A DNA stretch of 63,993 nucleotides, counting the filler, from Octopus bimaculoides (Eukaryota), in assembly GCF_001194135.2 (NCBI RefSeq). It is 5 parts of 5 records of this genome, joined end to end, with 100 filler letters (N's around TTAATTAATTAA, not from the genome) between each part and the next. Parts side by side here need not be neighbours in the genome. Positions count along the whole stretch, not along the records: positions 62,992 to 63,993 come from NC_069010.1; 4 more parts are not named here. The stretch is one strand, 5' to 3'. This document shows positions 63,833-63,993 of the stretch, one piece after another. Both the position numbers and the translations under genes were made by a program. The notes below the pieces were generated by a model. The model saw only the letters and a list, made by a program, of their open reading frames with translations, was not told the origin of the DNA and made no database searches. Positions within the stretch are counted from its first letter, which is position 1. Each line of letters opens with the position of its first letter.

Positions 63833-63993
63833 AGGGAGGAGATACGCCACTGTGGAGGTGCGCTTCACAACGGAGGAGGAAGCAAATAAAGCACTCCACA
63901 GGGGCAATAAGGACAGAGGAATAATGGGTGCTCTTGCCTTCGTACTGCGGCAAACGTGTGGCCAAGGTGCGAGTGAGTAAGGTGCCATCCGAA
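63833..63993 (+). mobile_element. L1/Tx1-like ORF1 (RRM) fragment, runs off the window
   Basis: GRRYATVEVRFTTEEEA... then, in a shifted frame, LPSYCGKRVAKVRVSKVPSE. Confidence 0.5.

Overview
Eukaryotic, AT-rich, repeat-saturated draft-assembly sequence with about 16 N-gaps; four of them are artificial 100-bp spacers with a central TTAATTAATTAA. The SINE families, microsatellite load and TE set look like octopus/cephalopod DNA; this is inferred from recalled repeat families, not from a database search. No protein-coding gene can be called with confidence, and nearly all ORF-track entries are gap, microsatellite or TE artefacts. The window is mostly tRNA-derived SINEs (about four families), Tc1/mariner relics (mariner, DD34E, DD36E, DD37D), piggyBac-type MITEs, CR1, RTE, R4/Dong-like and L1/Tx1-like LINE relics, and mini/microsatellites. 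Two or three weak candidate 5' exons lie at 12-21 kb. Two patterns stand out. First, several unrelated short repeats carry minimal hammerhead-ribozyme cores of the Penelope-like/retrozyme type; one, at 54919-54963 on the minus strand, is nearly intact. Second, near-perfect local inverted (fold-back) copies recur at insertion junctions, together with a 115-bp 99%-identical inverted copy 4.3 kb away and head-to-head TTAGGG/CCCTAA arrays inside a TIR element. These could be a source of dsRNA in a lineage known for heavy A-to-I editing. Boundaries of degenerate repeats are approximate.
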